A program made the translations under genes and the position numbers. From the IMG/VR virus record IMGVR_UViG_3300036901_000095, positions 1-59,277 of that record: a DNA stretch of 59,277 nucleotides; one strand, written 5' to 3'. The notes beneath the pieces were generated by a model. The model did no database searches. It was not told the origin of the DNA and saw nothing but the letters and a program-made list of their open reading frames with translations. Below are positions 57,835-59,277 of this stretch, piece by piece. This stretch comes from a virus. Its lineage: Duplodnaviria > Caudoviricetes. How positions within the stretch are numbered: the stretch's first letter is position 1; each line of letters opens with the position of its first letter.

Positions 57835-58049
57835 GCGACGCCAAGCTGCTGGACCGGGTTCAAGGATCACTGACCATCCTCGCTCACGCGCCGCGCGTCG
57901 AAGGCCGCGCCGCGTGGTTGTGTCGCTGCGAGTGCGGGAACGAACTTGTCATCACTCAGCAACGTCTGACCAGTGGCGCGAAGAATTGTGGTCTTGCTCG
58001 GCATCCGCGACAGTGTGAGGCCAAACGCGGTCCCACCAAACGGTTTTAA
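57831..58049 (+). CDS. homing-endonuclease-associated Zn-binding module (WxCxCxCG), no nuclease domain
   Basis: GSLTIL...WLCRCECGN...LTSG..NCG. Confidence 0.55.
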   Translation: MSDAKLLDRVQGSLTILAHAPRVEGRAAWLCRCECGNELVITQQRLTSGAKNCGLARHPRQCEAKRGPTKRF

Positions 58050-58414
58050 TCCTCGAACACCTGTGGCACCAGATTGATGTAGGTCGGCCACACCGGTTCC
58101 CATCCCTTCTCCTTGAGAACATTCAAGGAATGGAACGGTTTGCGATTATGCGTCTCCCGATCCACCGACCAAGTGATATGGTAGGTATAGCCGTCTGGCC
58201 GATTGATCGCGCCATCGATTTGCACGACCAGCGCCTGAACACCGTTGCCGTCATCGACGATGCCCACGATCACGCCCTCGGTTGGTTCGGGAACTTCGTT
58301 CGCGCCCATTCTGAGGGTGACATGATGAGCGATGACATCATGATAAGTGGGTGGGAAGAGCCGCAAGAGTTTGTCTCTGTCCGCTTCTGGTAACAACCAT
58401 CCCGTGTAACTCAT
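58046..58414 (-). CDS. 2H phosphoesterase
   Basis: Two HxT motifs: HHVTL and YHITWS. Confidence 0.75.
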   Translation of the reverse strand: MSYTGWLLPEADRDKLLRLFPPTYHDVIAHHVTLRMGANEVPEPTEGVIVGIVDDGNGVQALVVQIDGAINRPDGYTYHITWSVDRETHNRKPFHSLNVLKEKGWEPVWPTYINLVPQVFED

Positions 58415-58494
58415 GTTCCTGCTCCGAAATTAAGCGTCACCTTAATTTGTCCTGATAAATATGTCAGAATATATTTACCAAAGGTAATAGAAAA

Positions 58495-58824
58495 ATGCAA
58501 TCCGTCACCATGCGTGGGAAAATGCTCGACATGGGCAAGCTCATCGCCCAGAACTCACATAAGAAAGCCCTTGGCAACGCCAAGATGAACGCCAGGGGCG
58601 ACATCATCGATCCGTATGGCAAGGTGCTGGTCGCGCGAGAAGCCGTGGCGCGTGAGTATCATAAGACAAATCCAAAGGCGATCAAGCAAGTTCCCTTGCG
58701 GAACATCAATCAGGAAGTCGTCACCTTCGATACTCCGGCGCAGGCGGTCATGAAGCAAAAGGAACTCTTGGCTTCGCAGCAGGCGTCCCAACAGGTGAAG
58801 CCGAAGCGCAAAATCAGCGATTGA
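58495..58824 (+). CDS. conserved late phage protein
   Basis: MRGK.LDM..L...N....ALGN..MNARGD; GATAAATA at 58454. Confidence 0.65.
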   Translation: MQSVTMRGKMLDMGKLIAQNSHKKALGNAKMNARGDIIDPYGKVLVAREAVAREYHKTNPKAIKQVPLRNINQEVVTFDTPAQAVMKQKELLASQQASQQVKPKRKISD

Positions 58825-58855
58825 TCGCGCGAGCGGCTTTGTTCTATAATGAAGC

Positions 58856-59277
58856 ATGCCAACCATTGATTCTCGTCGACAAGTCCCCCAGGTTCTCGAT
58901 GATGTGCGTCTTTATGTCCTGATACGAACTGACCTCAATAGCATGAATCGTGGCAAGGCTTGTGCTCAGGCCACGCACGCCGCGAACAAATGCGTCTACG
59001 ACATTCGCCAGTCCGGCGATGAATGGCTACACGAGCTACTCCGGTCCTGGGAAGGTAACCGGGGATTTGGCACCGCCGTGATTTTGGATGGCGGGTCTGG
59101 CAACATGATGACGAAGATTTATTGGAATTTGAAGGACGCTGGACATCACGCGGCCATCGTTCATGATTCCGGCTATCCGTTGTCGGACGGCAAATTCACC
59201 CATCAAATCCCTGTTGATACCTGCGTCTATGTCTTTGGTGAGAAGAGTCGGCTCGAATCTTTCCTGGGCAATCTGCA
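58856..59277 (+). CDS. peptidyl-tRNA hydrolase, Pth2 family (3'-truncated by window edge)
   Basis: LYVLIRTDLNSMNRGKACAQATHAA...IVHDSGYP...T; not in the ORF track. Confidence 0.8.
   Translation, partial: MPTIDSRRQVPQVLDDVRLYVLIRTDLNSMNRGKACAQATHAANKCVYDIRQSGDEWLHELLRSWEGNRGFGTAVILDGGSGNMMTKIYWNLKDAGHHAAIVHDSGYPLSDGKFTHQIPVDTCVYVFGEKSRLESFLGNL

Noticed and set aside
1-59277. Genome-wide TAG or TGA recoding
   Set aside because: Long late and early genes read through intact in the standard code; only one internal TAG was found.
1-59277. CRISPR array, DGR/retron, rRNA or IS element
   Set aside because: No regularly spaced repeats, reverse transcriptase, transposase or rRNA motifs were recognised by eye.

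Overview
This is a 59 kb piece of a large T4-like (jumbo-type) myophage genome, probably infecting an alphaproteobacterium. The host inference rests on the methionine aminopeptidase style, Tat signal peptides and TTGACA/CTATAT-type promoters. All family assignments come from motif recognition by eye; no searches were run. Contents in order: a GHKL-ATPase/RHH/vWA module; an island of four DNA methyltransferases and three probable restriction-endonuclease-like genes around a gp47 (Mre11/SbcD) nuclease; a gp55-like late sigma factor interrupted by a LAGLIDADG intein; baseplate genes (gp53-, hub-, gp5-, gp25-, gp6-like) under (T/C/G/A)ATAAATA late promoters; Leu/Val dehydrogenase and Map; many small accessory ORFs; head-protein-like ORFs with capsid-targeting-like N-termini; four tRNAs (three Arg, one Thr); an RNase P RNA; two free-standing HNH endonucleases; a DnaE fragment, a 2H phosphoesterase and a Pth2. 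The most striking unexplained signals are four. (1) A leaderless 25-codon leader peptide packed with CGA/CGA/CGG/AGG/AGA/ACG codons and alternative hairpins lies directly upstream of the tRNA-Arg/Thr operon, a candidate attenuator of tRNA genes. (2) Seven otherwise unrelated small proteins share an F-x-L-D-[DE] motif around the map gene. (3) A late-expressed YafQ/RelE-like protein has a capsid-targeting-like N-terminus and an overlapping antitoxin-like ORF. (4) A tRNA-Arg(CCG) carries a Ser-like long variable arm.
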